From contig JAPDFW010000053.1 of assembly GCA_028826165.1 (NCBI GenBank), positions 611,904 to 675,903 of the forward strand: DNA of 64,000 nt. Direction: 5' to 3'. The notes under the pieces are model-generated. The model made no database searches and was not told the DNA's origin. It saw only the letters and a program-made list of their open reading frames with translations. This document shows positions 1 to 13,899 of the stretch, piece after piece. The position numbers were made by a program, and so were the translations under genes. Each line of letters opens with the position of its first letter. The first letter of the stretch is position 1. This DNA is from Anaeramoeba ignava BMAN. Taxonomy: Eukaryota; Protista; Anaeramoebae.

Positions 1-1672
1 TGAAAAAGGAATTGATATTAATGCAAAAACAAATCAAAACCAAACTGCTTTACATTTCGCTTGTAAAAACAATTCATTTGAAGTTATTGAATATTTAATT
101 TCAAAAGGAATTGATATAAATACAAAAACAAATAATAATGAAACTTCTTTACATTTTGCTTGTAAATATGATTTACCTCTTCAAATTATCAAATATTTAG
201 TTGAAAAAGGAATTGATATTAATGCAAAAACAAATAGAAATGAAACTGCTTTACATTATGTTTGTCAAAATAATTCAATTCATATTGTTAAATATTTGAT
301 TGAAAAAGGGATTGATATAAATGCAAAAACAAATAAAAATGAAACTGCTTTACATTTTGCTTGTCAATACAATTTTTTCCAACTTATACAATGTTTAATT
401 TCAAAAGGAATTGATATTAATGCAAAAACAAATAGAAACCAAACTGCTTTACATTTTGCTTGTCTAAATAATCCTTCATTTAAAGTTATTGAATATTTAA
501 TTTCAAAAGGAATTGATATTAATGCAAAAACAAATCAAAATGAAACTGCTTTACATTATGTTTGTCAATTCAATTCAATATCAATTATTGAATATTTTAT
601 TTCCAAAGGAATTGATATAAATGCAAAAACTAAATATAATGAAACAGTTCTTTCTTTATCAATTAAAAATGAAAATGAAAATTTAATCAAATTTTTATTA
701 ATGAATGATATTGATATTGATTCTTTGAAACAAAATCAAATTACAAATCAATTTATTAATTTATTTTTCCAAATTTATTCAATTAATCAAGATTTGAATA
801 ATTTATTGAAATCAAATAATCAATTTTCAGATTTAATAATTCAATCAAATGATTCATTTAAATTTAAAGTTCATAAATTAATATTATTAACAAGATTTGA
901 TAATAATGAATTAATTTTACAAAAATTTATTAATAATTGTTATCAAAAATCGAAAAAGAAATTGAAATTATTTTAAATTTTATTTATACTGGATTTTATA
1001 ATTTTGATAAATTTATTGAAAAATTAAATTATAAAATTAATCAAAATCAAAAATCAAAATCAAAATGAAAATCAAAATCAAAATCAAAATGAAAATGAAA
1101 ATGAAAATGAAAATGAAAATGAAAATCAAAATCAAAATGAAAATGAAAATGAAAATCAAAATGAAAATGAAAATGAAAATGAAAATGAAAATGAAAATCA
1201 AAATGAAAATGAAAATGAAAATGAAAATGAAATTATTTATAATTTTTTTAAAGAAATTGAAATTGATTCAAAATGGATTGAAAATAAAAAAGGAAGAAAA
1301 GGAATAATAAAAGATTTATCAAAATTATATAAAGAAAATGAAACAAAAGATTTTACAATAATTGTTTCAGAAGAAAAACAAATTAAAGTTCATAAATTAA
1401 TATTAATAATAAGAAGTGAATTATTTAAAGCAATGTTTGAATTAAATATTCAAGATTTATCAAATCAAGTTCATGATTATTCAAAAAAATCAAATGAAAC
1501 AATTCAACAATTAATTTATTTCTTTTATCATGATAAATTTAATAATGAAGAAGAAATTATTAAAAAAATTAATGAAGAAATAATTTCAGAAGAATTTGAA
1601 GATTTAAAAGATTATTATCAATTAAATCAAAATTCAATTATTGATTTAATTTTAAAAGAATTAAAAATTTAA
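1..1672 (+). CDS. Ankyrin-repeat + tandem BTB/POZ protein, array copy 1 (5' part lies outside the window)
   Basis: 33-aa repeats GIDINAKTxxxETALHxACxxN, then BTB-like FSDLIIQSNDSFKFKVHKLILLTR and KDFTIIVSEEKQIKVHKLILIIRSELFKAMF. The C-terminus is near-identical to copies 2-4. ORF breaks fall in homopolymers or the microsatellite. Confidence 0.88.
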
Positions 1673-1784
1673 ATTTTTTTTAATTTTTTTCATTTTTTTC
1701 ATTTTTTTTCTTTTCAAATTTAATAAACAAAATAAAAACAATAAAATTAATAAATAAAAACAAAAACAAAAACACAATAAAAAA

Positions 1785-4700
1785 ATGAATAAAATTTATG
1801 AAATAATAAAAGAAAATAAAATTGAAAAAATAAAAGAAATAATAAACCAAATTATAAAAGAAATTAAAAAAAAAGAAAAAAATAAAATAATAAAATATTC
1901 AATAAAACAAAAATTAAATAAAGAAATAATTGAATATTTAATAACAAAATTAATAAATGATAATGATAATAATATTAATATTAATAATATTAAAGATAAA
2001 AAAAGAAGAAATTTATTACATATTTCAATTAAAAATAAATCAAAAATTGAAATAATTGAATATTTAATTTCTAAAAGAATTAATATTAATGAAAAAGATA
2101 AAAAAGGAAAAACTGCTTTACATTTTGCATCTAAATATAATTCACTTGAAGTTATTGAATTATTAATTTCCAAAGGAATTGATATTAATTCAAAAGCAAC
2201 ATGGAATGAAACTGCTTTACATTATGCCTGCCAATATAATTCAATTGAAGTTATTGAATACTTAATTTCTAAAGGATTTGATATTGATGAAAAAACAATT
2301 AAAAATGAAACTGCTTTACATTTTGCTTGTAAAAGAAATTCAATTCAAGTTATTGAATATTTAATTTCTAAAGGAATTGATGTTGATTCAAGAACAAATC
2401 AAAATCAAATTGCTTTACATTATGCTTGCAAAAAGAATAAAATCCAAGTTATTGAATATTTAATCTCAAAAGAAATTGATATTAATTCAAGAACAAATCA
2501 AAATGAAACTGCTTTACATTATGCTTGTAAAAGAAATTCAATTGAAGTTATTGAATATTTAATTTCTAAAGGAATTGATATTGATTCAAAAACAAATTGG
2601 AATGAAACTGCTTTACATTTTGCTTGTAAAAGAAATTCAATCCAAGTTATTGAATATTTAATTTCCAAAGGAATTGATATTAAAGAAAAAACAAGATGGA
2701 ATGAAACCGCTTTACATTTTGCCTCTAAAAATAATTCACTTGAAGTTATTGAATATTTAATTTCTAAAGGAATTGATATTAATGCAGAAACTGAAGATAA
2801 AGAAACTGCTTTACATTTTGCTTGTAAAAACAATAAAGTTGAAGTTATTCAATATTTAATCTCAAAAGGAATTGATATCAATACAACAACAGTTGAAAAT
2901 GAAACTGCTTTACATTATGCTTGCCAATATAATGCACCATTTAAAGTTATTGATTATTTAATTTCCAAAGGAATTGATATTAATACAAAAACAAAAATGA
3001 ACGAAACACCTTTATGTTATGCCTGTAAAAATACAAATAATTCACTTAAAGTTATTGAATATTTAATTTCAAAAGGAATTGATATCAACGAAAAAACAAG
3101 ATGGAATGAAACTGCTTTACATTATGCCTGTCGAGATAATGCACCATTTGAAGTTATTAAATATTTAATCTCCAAAGGAATTGATATTAATGCAAACAAT
3201 TCAAAACAAAACTGTTTTACATTACGCTTGTCAAAATAATTCACTTAAACTTATTGAATATTTAATTTCAAAAGGAATTGATATTAATGCAAAAACAAAT
3301 CAAAATGAAACTGCTTTACATTTTGCTTGCAAAAGGAATACATTTAAAGTTATTAAATATTTAATTTCTAAAGGAATTGATATTAATGCAAAAACAACTC
3401 AAAATGAAACTGCTTTACATTTAATTTTCCAAAATAATTCATCAATTAAAGTTATTGAATATTTAATTTCCAAAGGAATTGATATTAATGCAAAAACAAA
3501 TCAAAACCAAACACTTTTGCATCTAGCTTGCGAATATAACAACACATTTAAAGTTATTGAATATTTGATCTCCAAAGGAATTGATATTCATGTAAAAACA
3601 AGTTACGATGAAACAGTGCTACATACAGCTTGCCAAAATAATTCATCAATTGAGATTATTAAATATTTAGTTTCCAAAGGAATTAATATTAATGCAAAAA
3701 CAGATTTTAATGAAACTGCTTTACATTTAGCTTTTCAAAATAATTCATCAATTGAAGTTATTGAATATTTAATTGAAAAAGGAATTGATATAAATGCAAA
3801 AACAATAGATAATGAAGCTGCTTTACATATTGCTTGCAAAAACAAAGTATCAATTGAGCTTATTGAATATTTGGTTTCTAAAGGAATTGATATTAATGCA
3901 TTAACAAATATTAATAAAAATGTTTTACATTTTGCTTGTCAAAAGAATTCACTTGAAATTATTGAATATTTAGTTGAAAAAGGAATTGATATAAATGCAA
4001 AAACAAATAGAAATGAAACAGCTTTACATTTTGCTTGTGAAAATAATTCAATTCAAGTTGTTAAATATTTAGTTTCAAATGGAATTGATATTAATGCAAA
4101 AACAATGTGGAATGAAACTGCTTTACATTTTGCTTGTATAAACAATGCATCATTTGAAGTTATCAAATATTTGATTGAAAAAGGAATTGATATTAATGCA
4201 AAAACAAATCAAAACCAAACTGCTTTACATTTTGCTTGCCAAAACAATTCTATTGAAGTTATTGAATATTTAATTTCTAAAGGAATTAATATTAATGCAA
4301 AAACAAATCAAAATGAAACTGCTTTACATTTCGCTTGTAAATATGATTTACCTCTTCAAATTATCAAATATTTAGTTGAAAAAGGAATTGATATTAATGC
4401 AAAAACAAATAGAAATGAAACTGCTTTACATTTTGTTTGTCAAAATAATTCAATTCAAATTATCAAATATTTAGTTGAAAAAGGAATTGATATAAATATA
4501 AAAACAAATCAAAATGAAACTGCTTTACATTTTGCTTGTCAATACAATTTTTTCCAACTTATACAATGTTTAATTTCTAATGGAATTGATATTAATGCAA
4601 AAACAAATAGAAATCAAACTGCTTTACATTTTGCTTGTCAGAATAATCCTTCATTAGAAGTTATTGAATATTTAATTTCTAAATGGAATTGATATTAATG

Positions 4701-5748
4701 CAAAAACAAATCAAAATGAAACTGCTTTACATTTTGTTTGTAAATTTAATTCAATATCAATTATTGAATATTTGATTTCCAAAGGAATTGATATAAATGC
4801 AAAAACTAAATATAATGAAACAGTTCTTTCTTTATCAATTAAAAATGAAAATGAAAATTTAATCAAATTTTTATTAATGAATGATATTGATATTGATTCT
4901 TTGAAACAAAATCAAATTACAAATCAATTTATTAATTTATTTTTCCAAATTTATTCAATTAATCAAGATTTGAATAATTTATTAAAATCAAATAATCAAT
5001 TTTCAGATTTAATAATTCAATCAAATGATTCATTTAAATTTAAAGTTCATAAATTAATATTATTAACAAGATTTGATAATAATGAATTAATTTTACAAAA
5101 ATTTATTAATAATTGTTATCAAAAATCAAAAAAAGAAATTGAAATTATTTTAAATTTTATTTATACTGGATTTTATAATTTTGATAAATTTACTGAAAAA
5201 TTAAATTATAAAATTAATCAAAATCAAAATCAAAATGAAAATGAAAATGAAAATCAAAATCAAAATCAAAATGAAAATGAAAATGAAAATGAAAATGAAA
5301 AATGAAATTATTTATAATTTTTTTAAAGAAATTGAAATTGATTCAAAATGGATTGAAAATAAAAAAGGAAGAAAAGGAATAATAAAAGATTTATCCAAAT
5401 TATATAAAGAAAATGAAACAAAAGATTTTACAATTATTGTTTCAGAAGAAAAACAAATTAAAGTTCATAAATTAATATTAATAATAAGAAGTGAATTATT
5501 TAAAGCAATGTTTGAATTAAATATTCAAGATTTATCAAATAAAGTTCATGATTATTCAAAAAAATCAAATGAAACAATTCAATCAATTAATTTATTTTTT
5601 TTATCATGATAAATTTAATAATGAAGAAGAAATTATTAAAAAAATTAATGAAGAAACAATTTCAGAAGAATTTGAAGATTTAAAAGATTATTATCAATTA
5701 AATCAAAATTCAATTATTGATTTAATTTTAAAAGAATTAAAAATTTAA
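1785..5748 (+). CDS. Ankyrin-repeat (~29 repeats) + tandem BTB/POZ protein, array copy 2
   Basis: ORFs 1785-3239, 3181-4692, 4772-5305, 5235-5609 and 5548-5748 join into one colinear protein after correcting small indels. Same N- and C-termini as copies 3 and 4. No introns seen. Confidence 0.9.
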
Positions 5749-5860
5749 ATTTTTTTTTAATTTTTTCATTTTTTTCATTTTTTTTCTTTTCAAATTTAAT
5801 AAACAAAATAAAAACAATAAAATTAATAAATAAAAACAAAAACAAAAACAAAATAAAAAA

Positions 5861-8800
5861 ATGAATAAAATTTATGAAATAATAAAAGAAAATAAAATTG
5901 AAAAAATAAAAGAAATAATAAACCAAAATATAAAAGAAATTAAAAAAAAAGAAAAAAATAAAATAATAAAATATTCAATAAAACAAAAATTAAATAAAGA
6001 AATAATTGAATATTTAATAACAAAATTAATAAATAATAATGATAATATTAATATTAATAATATTAAAGATAAAAAAAGAAGAAATTTATTACATATTTCA
6101 ATTAAAAATAAATCAAAAATTGAAATTATTGAATTATTAATTTCTAAAAAAATTAATATTAATGAAAAAGATAAAAAAGGAAAAACTGCTTTACATTTTG
6201 CATCTAAATATAATTCAATTCCAGTTATCGAATTATTAATTTCCAAAGGAATTAATATTAATTCAAGAACAATAAAAAATAAAACTGCTTTACATTTTGC
6301 TTGTAAATATAATTCAATTCAAGTTATTGAATACTTAATTTCTAAAGGATTTAATATTAATTCAAAAACTGAAGATAATGAAACAATATTGCATTTTGCA
6401 TGCAAAAGAAATACACTTGAAGTTATTGAATATTTAATTTCAAAAGGAATTGATATTGATTCAAGAACAATAAATAATGAAACTGTTTTACATTTTGCAT
6501 GTCAAAATAATTCAATTCAAGTTATTGAATATTTAATTTCAAAAGGATTAACTGTTAAAGAAACATCAATTGATAATATAACATCATTACATTATGCTTG
6601 TAAAAGAAATACACTTGAAGTTATTAAATATTTAATTTCTAAAGGAATTGATATTAATGTAAAAACAAAAATGAATGAAAATGCTTTACATTTTGCATGT
6701 AAAAATAATTCAATTAAAGTTATTGAATATTTGATTTCAAAAGGAATTGATATTAAAGAAAAAACAAGATGGAACAAAACAGCTTTACATTATGCCTGTC
6801 GAGATAATTCACTTAAAGTTATTGAATATTTGATTTCAAAAGGAATTGATATTAATACAACAACAAGATGGAATAAAACTGCTTTACATTATGCTTGCAA
6901 AAACAATAAACTTGAAGTTATTGATTATTTAATCTTAAAAGAAGCTGATATTAATGCAACAACTGAAGATAATGAAACTACTTTACATTTAGCTTGTAAA
7001 TACAACTCTATTAAAGTTATTGAATATTTAATCTCAAAAGGAATTGATATCAATACAACAACAAAATGGAATGAAACTGCGTTACATTATGCTTGCAAAT
7101 ATAATGCACCATTTAAAGTTATTAAATATTTAATTTCCAAAGGAATTGATATTAATGAAAAAACATATAAAAATCAAACACTTTTACATTTAATTTGTGA
7201 AAAGATCACATCACTTGAAGTTATTGAATATTTGATTTCCAAAGGAATTGATATCTATGAAAAAACCAAATATAATGAAACAGTTTTACATTACGCTTGT
7301 CAAAATAATTCACTTGAAGTTATTAAATATTTAATTTCAAAAGGAATTGATATTAATGCAAAAACAAGGTGGAATGAAACAATATTACATTTAGCTTGCC
7401 AAAATAATTCAATTGAAGTTATTAAATATTTAATTTCAAAAGGACTTGATATTAATGCAAAAAGTGAAGATCATGAAACACCTCTACATTTTGCTTGCCG
7501 AAATAAATCACTTCAAATAGTTCAATATTTAGTTGAAAAAGGAGTTGATATTAATGCAAAATCAGATTTCAATGAAACTGCTTTACATGTTGCTTGCTGG
7601 ATGAATTCACTTGAAGTTATTAAATATTTAATTTCTAAAGGACTTGATATTAATGCAAAAACAGATAGAAATCAAACACCTTTATATGTAGCTTTAAATT
7701 TAAATTCATTTCAAGTTATTGAATATTTAGTTGAAAAAGGAATTGATATAAATGCATTAACAGATCAAAATGAAACTGCTTTACATCTAGCTTCTCAAAA
7801 TAATTCAGCAATTAAAGTTATCGAATATTTAATTTCCAAAGGAATTAATATTAATGCATTAACAAGTATTAATGAAACTGCTTTACATTATGCTTGTGAA
7901 AATAATTCATCAATTGAGCTTATAAAATATTTAATTTCTAAAGGAATTGATATTAATGCAAAAACAATAAATAATGAAACAATTTTGCACATTGCTTGCA
8001 AAAACAAATTATCTTTTGAAATTATTGAATATTTAGTTGAAAAAGGAATTGATATAAATGAAAAAACAAATCAAAATCAAACTGCTTTACATTTATGCTT
8101 GTCAATACAATTCATCATTTGAAGTTATCAAATATTTGATTGAAAAAGGAATTGATATAAATGAAAAAACAAATCAAAACGAAACACTTTTACATTTATC
8201 TTGTCAAAACAATCCTTCATTGAAAGTTGTTGAATATTTAGTTGAAAAAGGAATTGATATTAATGCAAAAACAAATCAAAACCAAACTGCTTTACATTTT
8301 GCTTGTAAAAACAATTCATTTGAAGTTATTGAATATTTAGCTTGAAAAAGGAATTGATATAAATACAAAAACAAATAATAATGAAACTGCTTTACATTTT
8401 GCTTGTAAAAACAATTCATCACTTCAAATTATCAAATATTTGATTGAAAAAGGAATTGATATTAATGCAAAAACAAATCAAAATGAAACTGCTTTACATT
8501 TTGCTTGTCAAGATAATTCAATTCATATTGTCAAATATTTGATTGAAAAAGGAATTGATATAAAAGAAAAAACAAATCAAAATGAAACTGCTTTACATTT
8601 TGCTTGTGAAAACAATTTTTTCCAACTTATACAATGTTTAATTTCTAATGGAATTGATATTAATGCAAAAACAAATAAAAATCAAACTGCTTTACATTTT
8701 GCTTGTCAAAATAATCCTTCATTAAAAGTTATTAACTATTTAATTTCAAAAGGAATTGATATTAATGCAAAAACAAATCAAAATGAAACTGCTTTACATT

Positions 8801-9834
8801 TTGTTTGTCAATTCAATTCAATTAAAGTTATTGAATATTTGATTTCAAATGGAATTGATATAAATGCAAAAACAAATAGAAATGAAACAGTTCTTTCTTT
8901 ATCAATTAAAAATGAAAATGAAAATTTAATCAAATTTTTATTAATGAATGATATTGATATTGATTCTTTGAAACAAAATCAAATTACAAATCAATTTATT
9001 AATTTATTTTTCCAAATTTATTCAATTAATCAAGATTTGAATAATTTATTAAAATCAAATAATCAATTTTCAGATTTAATAATTCAATCAAATGATTCAT
9101 TTAAATTTAAAGTTCATAAATTAATATTATTAACAAGATTTGATAATAATGAATTAATTTTACAAAAATTTATTAATAATTGTTATCAAAAATCAAAAAA
9201 AGAAATTGAAATTATTTTAAATTTTATTTATACTGGATTTTATAATTTTGATAAATTTACTGAAAAATTAAATTATAAAATTAATCAAAATGAAAATCAA
9301 AATGAAAATCAAAATCAAAATCAAAATGAAAATGAAAATGAAAATCAAATTGAAAATCAAAATGAAAATCAAAATCAAAATGAAAATGAAAATGAAATTA
9401 TTTATAATTTTTTTAAAGAAATTGAAATTGATTCAAAATGGATTGAAAATAAAAAAGGAAGAAAAGGAATAATAAAAGATTTATCCAAATTATATAAAGA
9501 AAATGAAACAAAAGATTTTACAATTATTGTTTCAGAAGAAAAACAAATTAAAGTTCATAAATTAATATTAATAATAAGAAGTGAATTATTTAAAGCAATG
9601 TTTGAATTAAATATTCAAGATTTATCAAATAAAGTTCATGATTATTCAAAAAAATCAAATGAAACAATTAATCAATTAATTTATTTTTATCATGATAAAT
9701 TTAATAATGAAGAAGAAATTATTAAAAAAATTAATGAAGAAATAATTTCAGAAGAATTTGAAGATTTAAAAGATTATTATCAATTAAATCAAAATTCAAT
9801 AATTGATTTAATTTTAAAAGAATTAAAAATTTAA
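5861..9834 (+). CDS. Ankyrin-repeat (~29 repeats) + tandem BTB/POZ protein, array copy 3
   Basis: ORFs 5861-8122, 8058-8345 and 8440-9834. Starts MNKIYEIIKENK and ends SIIDLILKELKI like the other copies. Confidence 0.9.
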
Positions 9835-9941
9835 TTTTTAATTTTTCATTTTTCATTTTTTTTCATTTTTCAAATTTAATAAACAAAATAAAAACAATAA
9901 AATTAATAAACAAAAACAAAAACAAAAACAAAATAAAAAAA

Positions 9942-12900
9942 ATGAATAAAATTTATGAAATAATAAAAGAAAATAAAATTGAAAAAATAAAAGAAATAAT
10001 AAACCAAAATTATAAAAGAAATTAAAAAAAAAGAAAAAAATAAAATAATAAAATATTCAATAAAACAAAAATTAAATAAAGAAATAATTGAATATTTAAT
10101 AACAAAATTAATAAATAATGATGATGATGATAATAATATTAATAATATTAAAGATAAAAAAAGAAGAAATTTATTACATATTTCAATTAAAAATAAATCA
10201 AAAATTGAAATTATTGAATTATTAATTTCCAAAAAAATTAATATTAATGAAAAAGATAAAAAAGGAAAAACTGCTTTACATTTTGCATCTAAATATAATT
10301 CAATTCCAGTTATCGAATTATTAATTTCCAAAGGAATTGATATTAATTCAAAAGCAACATGGAATGAAACTGCTTTACATTTTGCATGTAAAAGGAATAC
10401 AATCCAAGTTATTGAATACTTAATTTCTAAAGGATTTAATATTAATTCAAAAACTGAAGATAATGAAACAATATTACATTTTGCATGTAAAAGGAATACA
10501 ATTGAAGTTATTGAATATTTAATTTCAAAAGGAATTGATATTGATTCAAGAACAGATAAAAATGAAACTGTTTTACATTTTGCATGTCAAAATAATTCAA
10601 TTCAAGTTATTGAATATTTAATTTCAAAAGGAATTGATATTAAATCAAAAACAAATCAAAATCAAACTGCTTTACATTATGCTTGCAAAAAGAATTCACT
10701 TGAAGTTATTAAATATTTGATTTCAAAAGGAATTGATATTAATGCAAAAACAAATGAAGATGAAACTGCTTTACATTTTGCTTGTAAAAACAATTCAATT
10801 AAAGTTATTGAATATTTAATTTCAAAAGGAATTGATATTAATGCAAAAACAAGATGGAATGAAACAGTTTTAAATTATGCATGCAAAAGAAATACAATCC
10901 AAGTTATTGAATATTTAATCTCAAAAGGAATTGATATCAATACAACAACAAGATGGAATGAAACAATTTTACATTTTGCATCTAAAAATAATTCTGTTCA
11001 AGTTATTGAATATTTAATTTCCAAAGGAATTGATATTAAAGAAAAAACAAGATGGAATGAAACTGCTTTACATTATGCTTGCAAATATAATGCACCATTT
11101 AAAGTTATTAAATATTTAATTTCCAAAGGAATTGATATTAATGAGAAAACTAGTAGAAACAAAACACTTTTACATTTAATTTGTCAAAGCACTACAACAG
11201 TTGAAGTTATTGAATATTTGATTTCCAAAGGAATTGATGTTAATGCGATAACGAATAACAATGAAACACTTTTACATTATGCTTGTGAAAATAATTCAGT
11301 TGAAGTTATTGAATATTTGATTTCCAAAGGAATTGATATTAATGCAAAAACAAAATGGAATGAAACAGTTTTACATTTAGCTTGTCAAAATAATTCAATT
11401 GAAGTTATTGAATATTTAATTTCAAAAGGAATTGATATTAATGCAAAAGATGATGAAGATGAAACTGCTTTACATTTAGCTTGTCAAAATAATTCAATTG
11501 AAGTTGTTAAATATTTAATCTCCAAAGGAATTGATATTAATGCAAAAACAAATCAAAATCAAACTGCTTTACATGTTGCTTGTGAAAATAATTCATCAAT
11601 TAAAGTTATTGAATATTTGATTGAAAAAGGAATTGATATTAATGCAAAAACAGATAGTAATGAAACTGCTTTACATTTAGCTTGTCAGAACAATTTATCA
11701 TTTGAAATTATTAAATATTTGATTGAAAAAGGAATTGATCTTAATATATTAACAGATCAAAATGAAACAGCTTTACATGTTGCTTGTAAAAATAATTCAT
11801 CACTTGAGCTTATTGAATATTTAATTTCCAAAGGGGTTGATATTAATGCAAAAACAGATAATAACAAAACAGCTTTACATTATGTTTGTCAAAACAATTC
11901 ATCAATTGAGGTTATCAAATATTTAATTGAAAAAGGAATTGATATTAATGCAAAATCAAATCAAAATCAAACAGCTTTACATTTTGCTTGTCAATACAAT
12001 TCATCAATTGAAATTATTAAGTATTTAATTGAAAAAGGAATTGATATTAATGAAAAAACAGATAATAATGAAACACTCTTACATTTTGCTTCTCAAAACA
12101 ATTCATCAATTGAGCTTATTAAGTATTTAATTTCCAAAGGAATTGATATTAATGCAAAAACAAATCAAAATGAAACTGCTTTACATTATGTTTGTGAACA
12201 AAACCCATCACTTGAATTAATTGAATATTTGGTTGAAAAAGGAATTGATATTAATACAAAAACAAATTATAATAAAACTGCTTTACATTTTGCTTGTCAA
12301 TATGATTTACCTCTTCAAATTATTCAATATTTAGTTGAAAAAGGAATTGATATTAATGCAAAAACAAATAGAAATCAAAATGCTTTACATTTTACTTGTC
12401 AATACGATTCATCATTTGAAACTATTAAATATTTGGTTGAAAAAGGAATTGATATTAATGCAAAAACAAATCAAAATGAAACTGCTTTACATTTTGCTTG
12501 TCAAGATAATTCAATTCATATTGTTAAATATTTAATTTCCAATGGAATTGATATAAATACAAAAACCAATAGTGGTGAAACTGCTTTACATTTTGCTTGT
12601 GAAAACAATTTTTTCCAAGTTATACAATGTTTAATTTCAAATGGAATTGATATTAATGCAAAAACAAATAGAAATCAAACTGCTTTACATGTTGCTTGTC
12701 TATATAATCCTTCATTAAAAGTTATTAAATATTTAATTTCTAAAGGAATTGATATTAATGCAAAAACCAATAAAAAGCAAACTGCTTTACATTTTGCTTG
12801 CAAATTCAATTCAATACCAATTATTGAATATTTGATTTCCAAAGGAATTGATATAAATGCAAAAACCATTAATAATGAAACAGTTCTTTCTTTATCAATT

Positions 12901-13788
12901 AAAAATGAAAATGAAAATTTAATCAAATTTTTATTAATGAATGATATTGATATTGATTCTTTAAAACAAAATCAAATTACAAATCAATTTATTAATTTAT
13001 TTTTCCAAATTTATTCAATTAATCAAGATATGAATAATTTATTAAAATCAAATAATCAATTTTCAGATTTAATAATTCAATCAAATGATTCATTTAAATT
13101 TAAAGTTCATAAATTAATATTATTAACAAGATTTGATAATAATGAATTAATTTTACAAAAATTTATTAATAATTGTTATCAAAAATCAAAAAAAGAAATT
13201 GAAATTATTTTAAATTTTATTTATACTGGATTTTATAATTTTGATAAATTTATTGAAAAATTAAATTATAAAATTAATCAAAAGAAAATGAAAATGAAAA
13301 TGCAAAATGAAAATGAAAATGAAAATGAAAATGAAAATGAAAAAGAAATTATTTATAATTTTTTTAAAGAAATTGAAATTGATTCAAAATGGATTGAAAA
13401 TAAAAAAGGAAGAAAAGGAATAATAAAAGATTTATCAAAATTATATAAAGAAAATGAAACAAAAGATTTTACAATTATTGTTTCAGAAGAAAAAGAAATT
13501 AAAGTTCATAAATTAATATTAATAATAAGAAGTGAATTATTTAAAGCAATGTTTGAATTAAATATTCAAGATTTATCAAATAAAGTTCATGATTATTCAA
13601 AAAAATCAAATGAAACAATTCAACAATTAATTTATTTCTTTTATCATGATAAATTTAATAATGAAGAAGAAATTATTAAAAAAATTAATGAAGAAACAAT
13701 TTCAGAAGAATTTGAAGATTTAAAAGATTATTATCAATTAAATCAAAATTCAATAATTGATTTAATTTTAAAAGAATTAAAAATTTAA
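9942..13788 (+). CDS. Ankyrin-repeat (~28 repeats) + tandem BTB/POZ protein, array copy 4
   Basis: ATG at 9942 (atgaataaaatttatgaa) matches copies 2 and 3. One indel near 10010, then an open frame continuous with ORF 10717-13788. Confidence 0.9.
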
Positions 13789-13899
13789 ATTTATTTTTTA
13801 AAATCTTTTATTTCGAAAAATAAAAATTAAAAGAAAAAGGAAAAGGAAAAGGAAAAAGAAAATTATTGTTTTTGAATTTAAAAATTAAAAATTAAAAAT

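Larger units (their letters stand above)
1..13788 (+). repeat. Head-to-tail tandem gene array with a ~4.0-4.1 kb unit, containing nested ~99-102 bp ankyrin repeats and an AAAATG/AAAATC microsatellite
   Basis: Near-identical ~110 bp intergenic spacers at 1673-1784, 5749-5860 and 9835-9941, and near-identical N-terminal and BTB regions. Confidence 0.95.

Noticed and set aside
950-10020. Frameshifts in ankyrin-BTB copies as programmed frameshifting, phase variation or pseudogenisation
   Set aside because: They are small indels at different positions in each copy, often in homopolymers. Similar indels hit conserved single-copy genes (RTEL1 ~19168, TRIP13 ~38358, BEACH ~56330), consistent with sequencing consensus error.
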